Numbered from the stretch's first letter, positions 33,301 through 43,864 are shown. The stretch is DNA of 64,000 bases from an uncultured Bacteroidota bacterium (GCA_902587125.1 CACIJW010000003.1:28378-92377), one strand, 5' to 3'. A program made the numbers and translations. The notes: generated by a model not told the origin, from the letters alone.

Positions 33301-35246
33301 AAGCAAGTGTTAAGAGTATCTTCAATGAGAAGTTGAAGAGGAAAACCTGGTGCTGAAATATCAATTGGTACGGTTATATCACAATATGCATTATCACTTA
33401 CAGTAATGCTATATGTTCCTGAGCTGAGTGTTGTGAAAACAGTATCATACGGGGGTGGATTAGTATTTAGGACTCCATTAATATAGTAACTAAATGGATT
33501 AAGCATGTTGGTTAAAACCTCAACGGAAATCATTCCGTCAATATCATCCCAACAACTTACATTTTGAGATGAAATTTTAAATTCAATAGGAGTTATTGTA
33601 TCAGAAGGAAGTGATTCATTTGCGCAAGTAGACTCATTTGTCATGTAAAAGTACTGAGCTCCATTTGGAATCAATGAAGAGTCAATTGTATAAATATCTG
33701 AGGGGAAAGATACATCCGCCACATTGATGTAAGGACCACCAATATTATCAGATGCATAAAGATGGTACAGTGTGGAATTATTGGCTCCAGTATTGTGATT
33801 CCAGTCTAAAGTAACGTTTCCATTTCCATCGACGAAAGCACATTTCAAATCTGGTGCTGGCAATGATGCTGCTTGAGTAACTTCGATTGTTATTGTTGCA
33901 AAAGTAATAGCATTTGCAGGACAGAAATCATCATATGCCTTTATTGCAAAATTGTAAATATTTGATACATTACCACAACCTGCGTCCGAGGCAATATGAG
34001 TACATGCTGTTTGCCACTCAAAAATTCCATTTACAAGAGATGGGGATGAAAAAGGTGGTGGATTACCTAAATTATCAGTAAATGTAGCGCAGGGTGGGCT
34101 AGCACAATCCGTGGTTGTTATGAAATCACCCGCCATTTGACCACCAGTAATTTCTAAAGAAACATCTTGTGGTATACCAGCTGCATATAAATCAGCATCA
34201 GTAGCGCTAATGTTGAACGAAACTAAAGTCCCAGCAGCTACTGAAGTATAATATGGCGTTGGTGCTGGAAATGGTGCTGGAATAGTTGGAGGTAAGTTTG
34301 CATTTCCTCCTGCTAGTGGAGGACAAGCAATTAAAACTGCTTGAATTTCTCTATAAATTTGAGCAACTAGCTGATTACATTTATATGCATCAACCCTAAC
34401 TACAGTTACAAAATTTCCAGAAAGATTAGATGTGTAAGATATCTGACCGTTTTGAGGGTTAAGAGTAGGATTACCAGGAAGAGGATTGTTTGCATTATAA
34501 GGAGGTGTATATGTCAGTAAGCCTGGAGTTATAGGTGGATTATATGCGCCAAAAAAGTCATCTAGTGGCTCATCCCAACTGTAGACTAAACTATCCATTT
34601 CTTGATCTGAGGCGTTATGTGTGTATGAAAAAGGATATCCTGTACAAATAATTGTTTTTGGACTTTCGTTAAATATTGGTGAAGAATCAAAACATGGATC
34701 AGTTGGTGTTGAATTTCCGAAAGGATCAATATATGCAAACATTGAGGCTCTCATAGTAAATCCGTCAGAACTAGGTGTGGCTAAGTTTACAATAGCTCCG
34801 TTTCTACAGCATGAATCCCATGTAAAGTGCCATCCGTGCGTAGTTGGTGTTGGAGGATTGGAAATTGGAGGTGCACCAACTAAAGCAATTGGCAATGATT
34901 GATAGATGTACTCTTCGACAGCTCCAACTGGATTTGTAGAACAATCTAGTGCAGGATTCCCACTGTTTGTAACATCACAATCAGGTGAAATGTCAGTATT
35001 TGAAATAAATTGTAAACTGATTGTAGATACTGTTGGGTGATTCCAAACATTTAGCGTCTGATTGGTTGTTGGTAAAGAGATACCATCACAATCTCTGTAT
35101 AGTTTCATTGTGAAGATATACTTACCAACATCTGGGTTTAGAGGATCTTTGATACACTCCCAAGTAATCTCTCCTCCCATAATGTGACTAGCACGAACGC
35201 CAAATGATAGAAAAACCAAAAGAATTAGTCCAACTATCTTTTTCAT
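30348..35246 (-). CDS. G2: giant SprB-repeat cell-surface protein with large Cys/Pro-rich head and T9SS type A sorting domain
   Basis: 1632 aa. Signal peptide MKKIVGLILLVFLSFGVRAS, then a ~540-aa head beginning SHIMGGEITWEC...LYRDCDG. SprB-like modules follow. The C-terminal ~938 aa are identical to G4 except for one Phe/Ser difference and the last 4 residues (LIMD versus ISLK). Confidence 0.85.
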   Translation of the reverse strand: MKKIVGLILLVFLSFGVRASHIMGGEITWECIKDPLNPDVGKYIFTMKLYRDCDGISLPTTNQTLNVWNHPTVSTISLQFISNTDISPDCDVTNSGNPALDCSTNPVGAVEEYIYQSLPIALVGAPPISNPPTPTTHGWHFTWDSCCRNGAIVNLATPSSDGFTMRASMFAYIDPFGNSTPTDPCFDSSPIFNESPKTIICTGYPFSYTHNASDQEMDSLVYSWDEPLDDFFGAYNPPITPGLLTYTPPYNANNPLPGNPTLNPQNGQISYTSNLSGNFVTVVRVDAYKCNQLVAQIYREIQAVLIACPPLAGGNANLPPTIPAPFPAPTPYYTSVAAGTLVSFNISATDADLYAAGIPQDVSLEITGGQMAGDFITTTDCASPPCATFTDNLGNPPPFSSPSLVNGIFEWQTACTHIASDAGCGNVSNIYNFAIKAYDDFCPANAITFATITIEVTQAASLPAPDLKCAFVDGNGNVTLDWNHNTGANNSTLYHLYASDNIGGPYINVADVSFPSDIYTIDSSLIPNGAQYFYMTNESTCANESLPSDTITPIEFKISSQNVSCWDDIDGMISVEVLTNMLNPFSYYINGVLNTNPPPYDTVFTTLSSGTYSITVSDNAYCDITVPIDISAPGFPLQLLIEDTLNTCFGQNTATASVSGAGGTPPYSYEWFNFGDTVSISSSNFVDSLITGSYFVEIMDANGCDTFTTVQVISSQLPLTASPQVYGVSCRGDSTGMIIADGGGSSAPYKYYWMSSSGDTLRYTGLMMGRDTLRDLFAGTYRLHIYDSQECFEDYILTVGEPATSLSIDSLLTVLDIACYGDSVGSARMYVSGGMPNYSYLWESGEIDLIATSLKAGYNTVSVTDAWGCTVKDSIQINENPLIESTVSVVQNVSCYSNSDGIASVTSSGGIPSYIYFWSNGHTGFSMPDTANSLLFGSYYVTTRDALGCEVVDSIDISQPEPLSMEASEIEWISCYGANDGLASAYAWGGTAPYTFTWLPNGQQGDTVNTLTPGIHTVTVTDAKGCVASDTVFINQPNELFVDIDDTQTILAYCVGVNTASLTAVASGGTPGYSYQWDDNSVAPQTTAIATGLLSGVYTITVTDSRGCIVTDSRDIDTVTNTMNAHITALNQYNGGYHVSCYGANDGKVYVSASGAHEPYSYQWFGPSGFSGSNDTINQLSAGIYSVSVTDTNNCMVNTSIHVTEPLDLLYSVHSSTTETCLGSCDGTVSLQLSGGTAPYVGIFTNNVTGHTGSSIMPSDSLITNVCSGNHTIALIDANGCSSAIISGGNNQTTVPFALSTTASIDFSSVVNVLCNSSATGSVSALNPITNNTNYSYSWENVNNPGVTVSNTTTASNLIAGTYVLLAHYSDSNNLNLIYPGCTSSDTVTISELSAVEISNNGIVAVDCFGSSTGSISTVVSGGTPPYSYSWLPSGGASSTANNLSAGVYTLNVLDANQCSDVRTFTVTQPDILNISVTENNYLLSVSSLTGGTSPYSYSWRESSNPNVSIQGGTSFMVTQGGNYYVIVTDANGCTQTSNSVLFNETSIGEAGISEIKIYPNPFRDEATIDLGKSVSDVVVRVMDIYGKVIEIIETKNKDKVLIKSRDKAKGTYFVEIEIDEDQIFYKKLIMD
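30351..30581 (-). other. T9SS type A C-terminal sorting domain of G2
   Basis: Same sequence as the G4 CTD except the final 4 residues. Confidence 0.75.
30363..33177. repeat. direct repeat copy B (2,815 bp), 3' part of G2
   Basis: Partner of 18479..21293, with mismatches at 32979, 33010 and 33084. Beyond 33178 only patchy similarity remains, e.g. a 40-nt near-identical patch at 33231..33270 versus 21344..21383 with a 3-nt offset shift. Confidence 0.95.
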
Positions 35247-35262
35247 AATCGATTATTTTGAA

Positions 35263-35270
35263 CAAATTTA
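35263..35270 (-). promoter_or_regulatory. putative -7 promoter box (TAAATTTG) upstream of G2
   Basis: The minus strand reads TAAATTTG 16 nt upstream of the G2 ATG, within the 77-nt G1-G2 gap. Confidence 0.35.
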
Positions 35271-35323
35271 CAAAATTCACTTCTAATACAGCGATTTAAA
35301 GTTAAGTTTTGTTGTGAACTTCC

Positions 35324-38300
35324 CTATCTTAATAAATTGATATGACCATTCGTTTGATACACTTGACCTGAAATACCAATAGCATCTAACACAAAATAAT
35401 AAACTGATTCAGGAAGAATTTTTCCACTATATCCTCGACCATCCCATTTAAAATTAATTTCACTCCACTCAAAAACCTTTGTTCCCCACTTATTATAAAT
35501 TTTGACATTAATATCTGAAAATAGAGACTCGTCAAACCCATAATAATCATTGATGTTATCTCCGTTTGGAGTAAAAGTATCAAATGTATCAAAACCTTCA
35601 ATTTCTATTTCATATTTTGATGTATCGTTGCATAAATTAGAAAGCTCTTCATTTGAAGCAATTAGTTCAATTATATATTTCCCCTGAATTGTGTAAGAAT
35701 TGCTGACAGCTTCCAAACTGTTGATAGAAATCGACGTTCCATCACCAAATCTCCATTCAAATTGGTTTGCATTTTCACTCAAGTTAATAAAATCAATTAC
35801 TGCAGGTTCAACCAAATTATAAGAATCAGTTGTAAAATTAGAAATAATAGGGTCAGGCTCATCTAATGCAAATAATGTATCGAACTCACATCCGTTGTAG
35901 TCTGAAATTTGGATTTCATAGCTTCCTTTTTCTAAATCATTCAAATTTTGAGTATAATTTTGATTTAATGTGAAAGAATTTGTTAGTATTCCGTCATTAA
36001 ATACACTACAATTGTAAGGGGATGTTGCTGAATTTAAAGCTAGTGACATACTACCATCTGATGAAGCACTACAGTTAGGGTTTTGGGTTGTCAAATTGAG
36101 ATTTAAATCACCAGGCTCACCGAGCTTGATGTTTTTTAATGTATCGGAAATACAATTCTTGATATCAACAATGCATGCAACATAATTATCTGCAAATAAA
36201 CTATCAAAAAAACTAACTTGAGTTTCATGAACATAGCTATCACAAGACAAAAAATATTTGTGATATGGTAAATTACCACCATGCCCTTGCAATAAAATAT
36301 TTCCATTATTCTGAGCATGGCAAACATTATCTGTAATATTTACAACAGTAACATAAAACGAATCCGGCTGCAATATTCTAATCGTATCAACAAAAGGACC
36401 ACATTCAAGGCTATCAAATATGTGTACAGTGTAAAAGCCTGATGATAAATTATTTTGATTTTTACCAAAACCAATTGTATCATACTCGGAGCTAAGCCAG
36501 ATATAAGAATATGAAGAATCTGTGAATGGCACTCCACCTGAGGCCAAGACCTCAGAAAAACCGTCTTTACCTCCAAAGCAAGTAACATCAATATTTGTAA
36601 CTTCGTTAGACTTAAGTGGCCCTCCAAGCTCTGCTATATAAAAAGTATCTACTGATGTACACTGGTTTTCATCAGTTGCTCTAACAATATAGTGGTTAGA
36701 TATTAAATTATTGATAAAGGGATTTGTATCATTGTTTAATGACCACAAAAAATCACAGCTTTTTTCAGAGTTAGTGCTGACTGAAATATAACCATCATTA
36801 CCTTCATAGCAACTTACATTTTTTATACTATCAATTTGAATTAATAGCTGATCATATTCCAAAATTTCAATTTCTAAATTTTCAGAACATCCTAAACTAT
36901 CATAAACAACAATGTGATAATTTTTTGCTGGTAAAGATGTAAATATCGAGTCGACTTGAACAGTGAGTCCACTATCTACTGAGTAACTTAATGGATATAT
37001 GCCAGATGAAAATATTTGTATAAAACCATCATTAACTGCATAGCAAATGGAATCAGAATTAAAATTTACTGAATCAATCGTTAAAAGATTTTCAAAATTT
37101 AATGCCCCAACAAAAGTAGTATCAACTGTCCCCCAACTAGGCGATCCGACACATCCGTTATTATCAACAACGCTTAACACAAATGTATCTGAACTCAATG
37201 AGAAAATTGTATCACCAATTCCATAACCACTTGAACCAGAACTGGAAATCCAACTATGAAAAAATGGTAATGTACCTCCTGTTATTTCTAATATTATTTG
37301 ACCGTCATTAGAACTATTAAAGCAAGTTTCCTCAGTTATACCATTCGAACGTACTTTAAAAAGTAAAGTATCAGGATTCTCTAAAATTAAACTATCAGTG
37401 ACAACACAACCAATGGAGTCAATTATACTTACTTTAAAGGAACCTGAACTGAGACTATCAATTCTATTCGATAATAAAGTATCATTCCAAATTGTTACGA
37501 ATGGACTTTTCCCCCCACTAAAATAAACATCAATTTCACCATCAGAATTTCCGTAACATTTAATTTCACTTTTAATTAATGAATCTATTCTTAATGAGTT
37601 ATCAACGATTTCAACAGTATCTAAATACTCGCATGCATTTGCATCCAAATATCTAATTTGGTATTGTCCAGAACAAAGAAATGAAAATGTTGAATCAACA
37701 GAAATTGGACCTTGAGGTATGTTACTTCCAAATCGATTCACATAATAGTAAAAAGGAGAAATTCCACCTGTGACAAGTCCCGCTGTAATCATTCCATTAC
37801 AATTTGAAATATTGGAGCATGTATTTTCAACAGACAAAGCATTAGTTGAACTCAACTCATCGGGTTGAGAAATGTAAAAAACACTTGAGGAATCAAAGCA
37901 AGTTTCTGAATTTGACTTCGCAATAAGTCCATAATATCCTGGAACAAGATCATTAAAATAGGTACCTGAATCTGTAATCAGCTGCGGAGTATTTACTGTA
38001 TATCTCCATAATTCATATTTAAAGCATGGGTCCGGAAATAATAATTTAAAAGTACCATTTGAATCATTATTGCAAATTACATCAGATACTTGAGATGCCA
38101 TGCTAATATTAGCATTAGAATCAATTTTTAGTTCAACAAATAAACTATCTCTACAAAAATTTTCATCTTTTATGTAAAGATAATAGTTTCCATTTTGTAA
38201 AGAGTTGAAAGAATTTTGTTGAGACCAACTTAGACCACTGTCAATCGAAAAACTATGATTATAAATTGAGCTAGAAAATATTTCTATATAACCATCACCA

Positions 38301-38719
38301 CCACAGCATGATTCATTTACTAAATTAATAGAGTCAATTTTAGTAGGTTGAACTTGCCCTAGATAGAAATAGCCAAAGTTTTTTACACATAAGCTATCAT
38401 CCCTAACTAGGATATCATATGTTGAGCTTGAAAGAGAATCTATCGTGATTGTATCAATAAATATTGGTGCAGAAAAATTTAATCCTCCATCAAGAGAATA
38501 TGAAAAATTTCCATTTCCACCTGTGACTATGATTTCTATTACTCCATCTCCTTCTGTGCATGTTTCAAGACTTGAATTAACAATCATTTGTATAGAATCA
38601 TTGCAAGGCGAAGGCGTGATTGAACTTTGGGCACTTGATGCTACTGAAAATTTTAACAATAAAAATGATAAAAATCCCAATAATGATATGTTTGAATTTC
38701 GCAACCTAAGAAATAACAT
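35324..38719 (-). CDS. G1: SprB-repeat protein with PKD-like domain and T9SS type B sorting domain
   Basis: 1131 aa. Signal region ...FLSFLLLKFSVASSAQS, then degenerate SprB-like modules (C-x-x-x-x-DG ... GG-x-x-P-F ... D-x-x-x-C). The C-terminus is DTFTPNGDNINDYY...IYNKWGTKVF...WDGRGYSGKILPESVYYFVLDA...GHINLLR. Confidence 0.85.
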   Translation of the reverse strand: MLFLRLRNSNISLLGFLSFLLLKFSVASSAQSSITPSPCNDSIQMIVNSSLETCTEGDGVIEIIVTGGNGNFSYSLDGGLNFSAPIFIDTITIDSLSSSTYDILVRDDSLCVKNFGYFYLGQVQPTKIDSINLVNESCCGGDGYIEIFSSSIYNHSFSIDSGLSWSQQNSFNSLQNGNYYLYIKDENFCRDSLFVELKIDSNANISMASQVSDVICNNDSNGTFKLLFPDPCFKYELWRYTVNTPQLITDSGTYFNDLVPGYYGLIAKSNSETCFDSSSVFYISQPDELSSTNALSVENTCSNISNCNGMITAGLVTGGISPFYYYVNRFGSNIPQGPISVDSTFSFLCSGQYQIRYLDANACEYLDTVEIVDNSLRIDSLIKSEIKCYGNSDGEIDVYFSGGKSPFVTIWNDTLLSNRIDSLSSGSFKVSIIDSIGCVVTDSLILENPDTLLFKVRSNGITEETCFNSSNDGQIILEITGGTLPFFHSWISSSGSSGYGIGDTIFSLSSDTFVLSVVDNNGCVGSPSWGTVDTTFVGALNFENLLTIDSVNFNSDSICYAVNDGFIQIFSSGIYPLSYSVDSGLTVQVDSIFTSLPAKNYHIVVYDSLGCSENLEIEILEYDQLLIQIDSIKNVSCYEGNDGYISVSTNSEKSCDFLWSLNNDTNPFINNLISNHYIVRATDENQCTSVDTFYIAELGGPLKSNEVTNIDVTCFGGKDGFSEVLASGGVPFTDSSYSYIWLSSEYDTIGFGKNQNNLSSGFYTVHIFDSLECGPFVDTIRILQPDSFYVTVVNITDNVCHAQNNGNILLQGHGGNLPYHKYFLSCDSYVHETQVSFFDSLFADNYVACIVDIKNCISDTLKNIKLGEPGDLNLNLTTQNPNCSASSDGSMSLALNSATSPYNCSVFNDGILTNSFTLNQNYTQNLNDLEKGSYEIQISDYNGCEFDTLFALDEPDPIISNFTTDSYNLVEPAVIDFINLSENANQFEWRFGDGTSISINSLEAVSNSYTIQGKYIIELIASNEELSNLCNDTSKYEIEIEGFDTFDTFTPNGDNINDYYGFDESLFSDINVKIYNKWGTKVFEWSEINFKWDGRGYSGKILPESVYYFVLDAIGISGQVYQTNGHINLLR
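35327..35581 (-). other. T9SS type B C-terminal sorting domain of G1
   Basis: The last 85 aa contain FTPNGDNIND, IYNKWG, WDG and P-x-S-V-Y-Y-F. Confidence 0.75.
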
Positions 38720-38755
38720 TTAATTGATCGTAATACTAATTTTAATCTAGTATAA

Positions 38756-38763
38756 CAAATGTA
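38756..38763 (-). promoter_or_regulatory. putative -7 promoter box (TACATTTG) for the G1-G4 array
   Basis: The minus strand reads TACATTTG 36 nt upstream of the G1 ATG, in the divergent intergenic region shared with the helicase gene. Confidence 0.4.
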
Positions 38764-38779
38764 GAAAATCTTTTTTATT

Positions 38780-41068
38780 TTGCATAATAATATATTTTTA
38801 AGACTAATTTTACAAAAAAAAAAAAAATTGAACGACTATTTGAATCATTTAAATCCTGAGCAAAAACAAGCAGTAGAACAAATAGACGGCCCAATGATTG
38901 TCATTGCAGGAGCTGGGTCAGGAAAGACGAGAGTTTTAACATATAGAATTGCTCATTTAATAAAAAATGGAGTTAATCCATTTAATATTCTTTCATTAAC
39001 CTTCACCAACAAAGCTTCTAGAGAAATGAGGGACAGGATACAAAAAATTATTGGAGATAATGATGCTAAGAATATTTGGATGGGGACATTTCATTCTGTA
39101 TTTTCTAAAATTCTGAGAATCGAATCTCACTATATCAACTATCCAAAAAATTATACAATTTACGACACTGAAGATAGTAAAGGTTTAATTAGATCCATAA
39201 TTAAAGAGCTAAACTTGAACAAAGATTTTTATAAAGTTAATATAATAAGATCTAGAATATCGACTATGAAAAACAACTTTATCTCTCCAGATGAGTATGC
39301 TAATAATCCGGAAATTGTATTAAAAGACAAAATAGCCAAAAGAACAAACTTCATAGATATTTACAAATCATATATTAATAGATGTATTAAGTATTCTGCA
39401 ATGGACTTTGATGATTTATTAATTAATACATACAAATTATTGAATTCTTTCCCGGAAATACTTTTAAAATACCAAAGAAAATTTGAGTATATCTTAATTG
39501 ATGAATATCAGGATACCAATCATATTCAATATTTAATTATAAAAAAGCTTGCTGCATTAAACGAAAATATATGTGTAGTTGGTGATGATGCGCAAAGCAT
39601 ATATGCTTTTAGAGGTGCAAACATACAAAACATACTTAATTTTCAATCTGATTACCCTGACTTTAAATCATTCAAGCTAGAGCAAAATTACAGATCTACA
39701 AAATCAATTGTAGAGACTGCTAATCATCTCATTAGCTTTAACAAAAAACAATTACAGAAAAAAGTTTGGACTAACAATAGCATTGGAAGCTCTGTAATAA
39801 TACACAAATGCAGCTCTGATAATGAAGAAGCAAAGTTAGTAGCAAATACAATTTTTGATTTAAAAATTAGGGATGATTTCTTTAACAATGACTTTTGTGT
39901 TCTTTATAGAACAAATGCCCAATCAAGAGCAATTGAGGAAGCTTTAAGAAAGAAAAACATAAATTATAAAATTTATGGTGGAATATCTTTTTATCAAAGA
40001 AAAGAAATTAAAGATATCTTAGCTTACTTTAGAGTGATAGTAAATCAAAATGACGATGAATCCTTAAAAAGAATAATAAACTACCCTAGCAGAGGTATTG
40101 GATTAACAACATTAAACAGATTAAGTCTTAAAGCAATAGAAAAAGATAGAAGTATTTGGAGCATAATTGAAAACATAGAGCATATTGATATAAACATCAA
40201 CAATGGGACAAAGAAAAAGTTGATTGAATTCTATGAACTTATTCAAAAGTTCATATTGATGAGTCAAAAATGCGATGCTTACACTCTTGCAAACGATATT
40301 ATTCACAGCTCAAAAATTTACACAGAACTACATAATGATAAAACACCTGAGGGTGTAAGTAGATTTGAAAATATTCAAGAATTATTAAATGGAGTTAAAA
40401 CTTTTGCAGAGCAATCAGAAGATGAAGTTTCCCTTGGTAATTATCTGCAAGAAATTGCATTGATCACAGATATGGATAATGAAAATGACAACGAAGTAGA
40501 CAAAATAACACTAATGACGATTCATGCAGCTAAAGGACTTGAATTTCCTAATGTTTTTGTAGTTGGACTTGAGGAAAACCTATTTCCGTCCATGTTGAGC
40601 TTAGAAAGTGAGCAAGATTTAGAAGAAGAAAGAAGATTATTTTATGTTGCAATTACTCGTGCTATGAAAAATTTATTCTTATCGTACTCTACATTCAGAT
40701 TCAGATGGGGACAATACATTGACTGCTCTGAAAGCAGATTTTTAAATGAACTGGATGAAAAATATGTGGTTAGAAATGAACAAGAGATTCAGTTTTCGAA
40801 GCCTAAATTTAGTTTCAAAAAAAAATCATTTCCAACAGCTAACAGAAGCTTGAAGTCAGTAAAAAAAATAGAAAATCATGAAGCTGAAAATTATGTCGAG
40901 CATAAATTTTCTATCGGAGATCGAATTGAACACCAAAATTTTGGCAAAGGATCAATTTCAAATATCGAAGGATTTGGTTCAAGCACTAAAGCATGTGTAA
41001 ATTTTGACAACTTTGGCGAAAAAACTTTATTGCTAAAGTTTGCTAAATTAAAGCTCTTGAATAATTGA
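38780..41068 (+). CDS. UvrD/PcrA/Rep-family ATP-dependent DNA helicase
   Basis: Walker A AGAGSGKTRVLT, motif II LIDEYQDTN, and also VGDDAQSIYAFRGA, QNYRST, TIHAAKGLEF and LFYVAITRA. The track start is a TTG at 38780. The true start is more likely TTG 38828 (LNDYLNHLNPEQKQAV), just after an A14 tract. Confidence 0.9.
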   Translation: MHNNIFLRLILQKKKKLNDYLNHLNPEQKQAVEQIDGPMIVIAGAGSGKTRVLTYRIAHLIKNGVNPFNILSLTFTNKASREMRDRIQKIIGDNDAKNIWMGTFHSVFSKILRIESHYINYPKNYTIYDTEDSKGLIRSIIKELNLNKDFYKVNIIRSRISTMKNNFISPDEYANNPEIVLKDKIAKRTNFIDIYKSYINRCIKYSAMDFDDLLINTYKLLNSFPEILLKYQRKFEYILIDEYQDTNHIQYLIIKKLAALNENICVVGDDAQSIYAFRGANIQNILNFQSDYPDFKSFKLEQNYRSTKSIVETANHLISFNKKQLQKKVWTNNSIGSSVIIHKCSSDNEEAKLVANTIFDLKIRDDFFNNDFCVLYRTNAQSRAIEEALRKKNINYKIYGGISFYQRKEIKDILAYFRVIVNQNDDESLKRIINYPSRGIGLTTLNRLSLKAIEKDRSIWSIIENIEHIDININNGTKKKLIEFYELIQKFILMSQKCDAYTLANDIIHSSKIYTELHNDKTPEGVSRFENIQELLNGVKTFAEQSEDEVSLGNYLQEIALITDMDNENDNEVDKITLMTIHAAKGLEFPNVFVVGLEENLFPSMLSLESEQDLEEERRLFYVAITRAMKNLFLSYSTFRFRWGQYIDCSESRFLNELDEKYVVRNEQEIQFSKPKFSFKKKSFPTANRSLKSVKKIENHEAENYVEHKFSIGDRIEHQNFGKGSISNIEGFGSSTKACVNFDNFGEKTLLLKFAKLKLLNN

Positions 41069-41986
41069 CAAAGAAGTTTGCTTATCAATATTTAGCTGAT
41101 CTATCAACTTATCCTTACTTTCAAACTTAACTTCATTTCTGATTTTTTTTATCACCTCTACTTTGATAATTTCTCCATAAATATTTTCTTTAAAGTTAAA
41201 GATATGAACCTCAACCTTTTTTTCATCAAAAATATCATTTTCAAAGGTAGGGTTATAGCCTACATTCATCATTGCTGAATGCCTGACATTTTTTACATAT
41301 GCATGCACAGCATACACTCCATTTTGAACATGAACTTTTTCTTCACTAATTTGAAGATTTGCTGTTGCAAAACCTAACTCTTTTCCAATTTCATTTCCTC
41401 TAGTAACAATTCCACTAAAAAAATAGCGATAACCTAGTAGGCTATTAGCCATTTCTATCATCCCAGAAGCTATTAAACTTCTAATTTTAGTTGAACTAAC
41501 TACAATTTCAGAGTTTTTATATACATCAATTTTTTTTAATGAAAATCCTAAAAGTTGGGAATATTGTTGCAAACTATCAAATGTTCCATTTCTATTTTTT
41601 CCAAATTGATGGTCATAGCCGACAATTAAATATTTTAAGTTCAATTTGTCAACTAGAAAATCTCTGATAAAGTCTAGTGGATCAATCTTTGAAAAATTTT
41701 TGCTAAATTTTTGAATGACTAAAAAGTCTAATGACATCAACTTGAAAAGCTCAATTTTTTCTTCAGTTATTGTAATTAAATCGAGGCTTGAGTTATTATT
41801 AGTTAAAACTTTTTTTGGATGAGGTTCGAAAGTAAAAACAACTGATTTTAACTTTGACTCTTTTGCAGTTTTAATTAGTTCTTCAAAAATTTTTCTGTGC
41901 CCCGTGTGCACTCCATCAAATGTACCTATAGTTACTGATGTTTCAATATCACTTGGAAAATCGTCAATTGAATAAATTACTTGCAA
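41048..41986 (-). CDS. ribF: bifunctional riboflavin kinase / FMN adenylyltransferase
   Basis: 312 aa. N-domain GTFDGVHTGH and a C-terminal riboflavin kinase domain (GFATANL, VEVHIFNF). Apparent TTG start. Confidence 0.9.
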   Translation of the reverse strand: MQVIYSIDDFPSDIETSVTIGTFDGVHTGHRKIFEELIKTAKESKLKSVVFTFEPHPKKVLTNNNSSLDLITITEEKIELFKLMSLDFLVIQKFSKNFSKIDPLDFIRDFLVDKLNLKYLIVGYDHQFGKNRNGTFDSLQQYSQLLGFSLKKIDVYKNSEIVVSSTKIRSLIASGMIEMANSLLGYRYFFSGIVTRGNEIGKELGFATANLQISEEKVHVQNGVYAVHAYVKNVRHSAMMNVGYNPTFENDIFDEKKVEVHIFNFKENIYGEIIKVEVIKKIRNEVKFESKDKLIDQLNIDKQTSLSIIQEL

Positions 41987-41992
41987 ATTTGA

Positions 41993-43621
<1,629 letters not shown>

Positions 43622-43622
43622 T

Positions 43623-43859
43623 ATGGATATTGAAATCATCAGCCCTGAGGAAATTATTTTTAAAGGTAATGCAAAATCCGTTAAACTGCCAGGTGAGTCC
43701 GGAGGCTTTGAAATTTTAAATAATCACGCAGCTATTGTATCTAATTTGAAAAAAGGTGTTATCATCGTTAAAGATGAAAACAACTCAGAACATAAATTTG
43801 AAATCAATAGTGGTGTTGTTGAAATGAAAACCAATACTATTTCAATTCTAGCAAACTAA
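43623..43859 (+). CDS. atpC: F0F1 ATP synthase epsilon subunit (short)
   Basis: 78 aa immediately after atpD. Beta-sandwich N-domain pattern ...LPGESGGFEILNNHAAIVS. Confidence 0.85.
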   Translation: MDIEIISPEEIIFKGNAKSVKLPGESGGFEILNNHAAIVSNLKKGVIIVKDENNSEHKFEINSGVVEMKTNTISILAN

Positions 43860-43864
43860 TAAAG

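Noticed and set aside
35386-36627. Three same-strand alternative-frame ORFs (35386..35601, 36136..36327, 36340..36627) inside G1, and one inside G3 (28880..29152)
   Set aside because: They are nested out of frame within intact giant ORFs that have coherent repeat and CTD architecture. No independent support exists.
18464-38719. Periodic ~230-bp repetition that could be mistaken for a CRISPR array or tandem DNA repeat
   Set aside because: The periodicity is that of ~75-80-aa SprB-like protein modules inside uninterrupted ORFs. The units are diverged at the DNA level, and there are no short identical direct repeats with unique spacers.
18464-38719. The adhesin block as a horizontally acquired genomic island
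   Set aside because: There is no flanking tRNA, integrase or direct-repeat att sites. The higher G/C content is explained by Gly/Ser/Thr/Cys/Ala-rich coding, and the promoter boxes match the rest of the window. This cannot be excluded without composition statistics.
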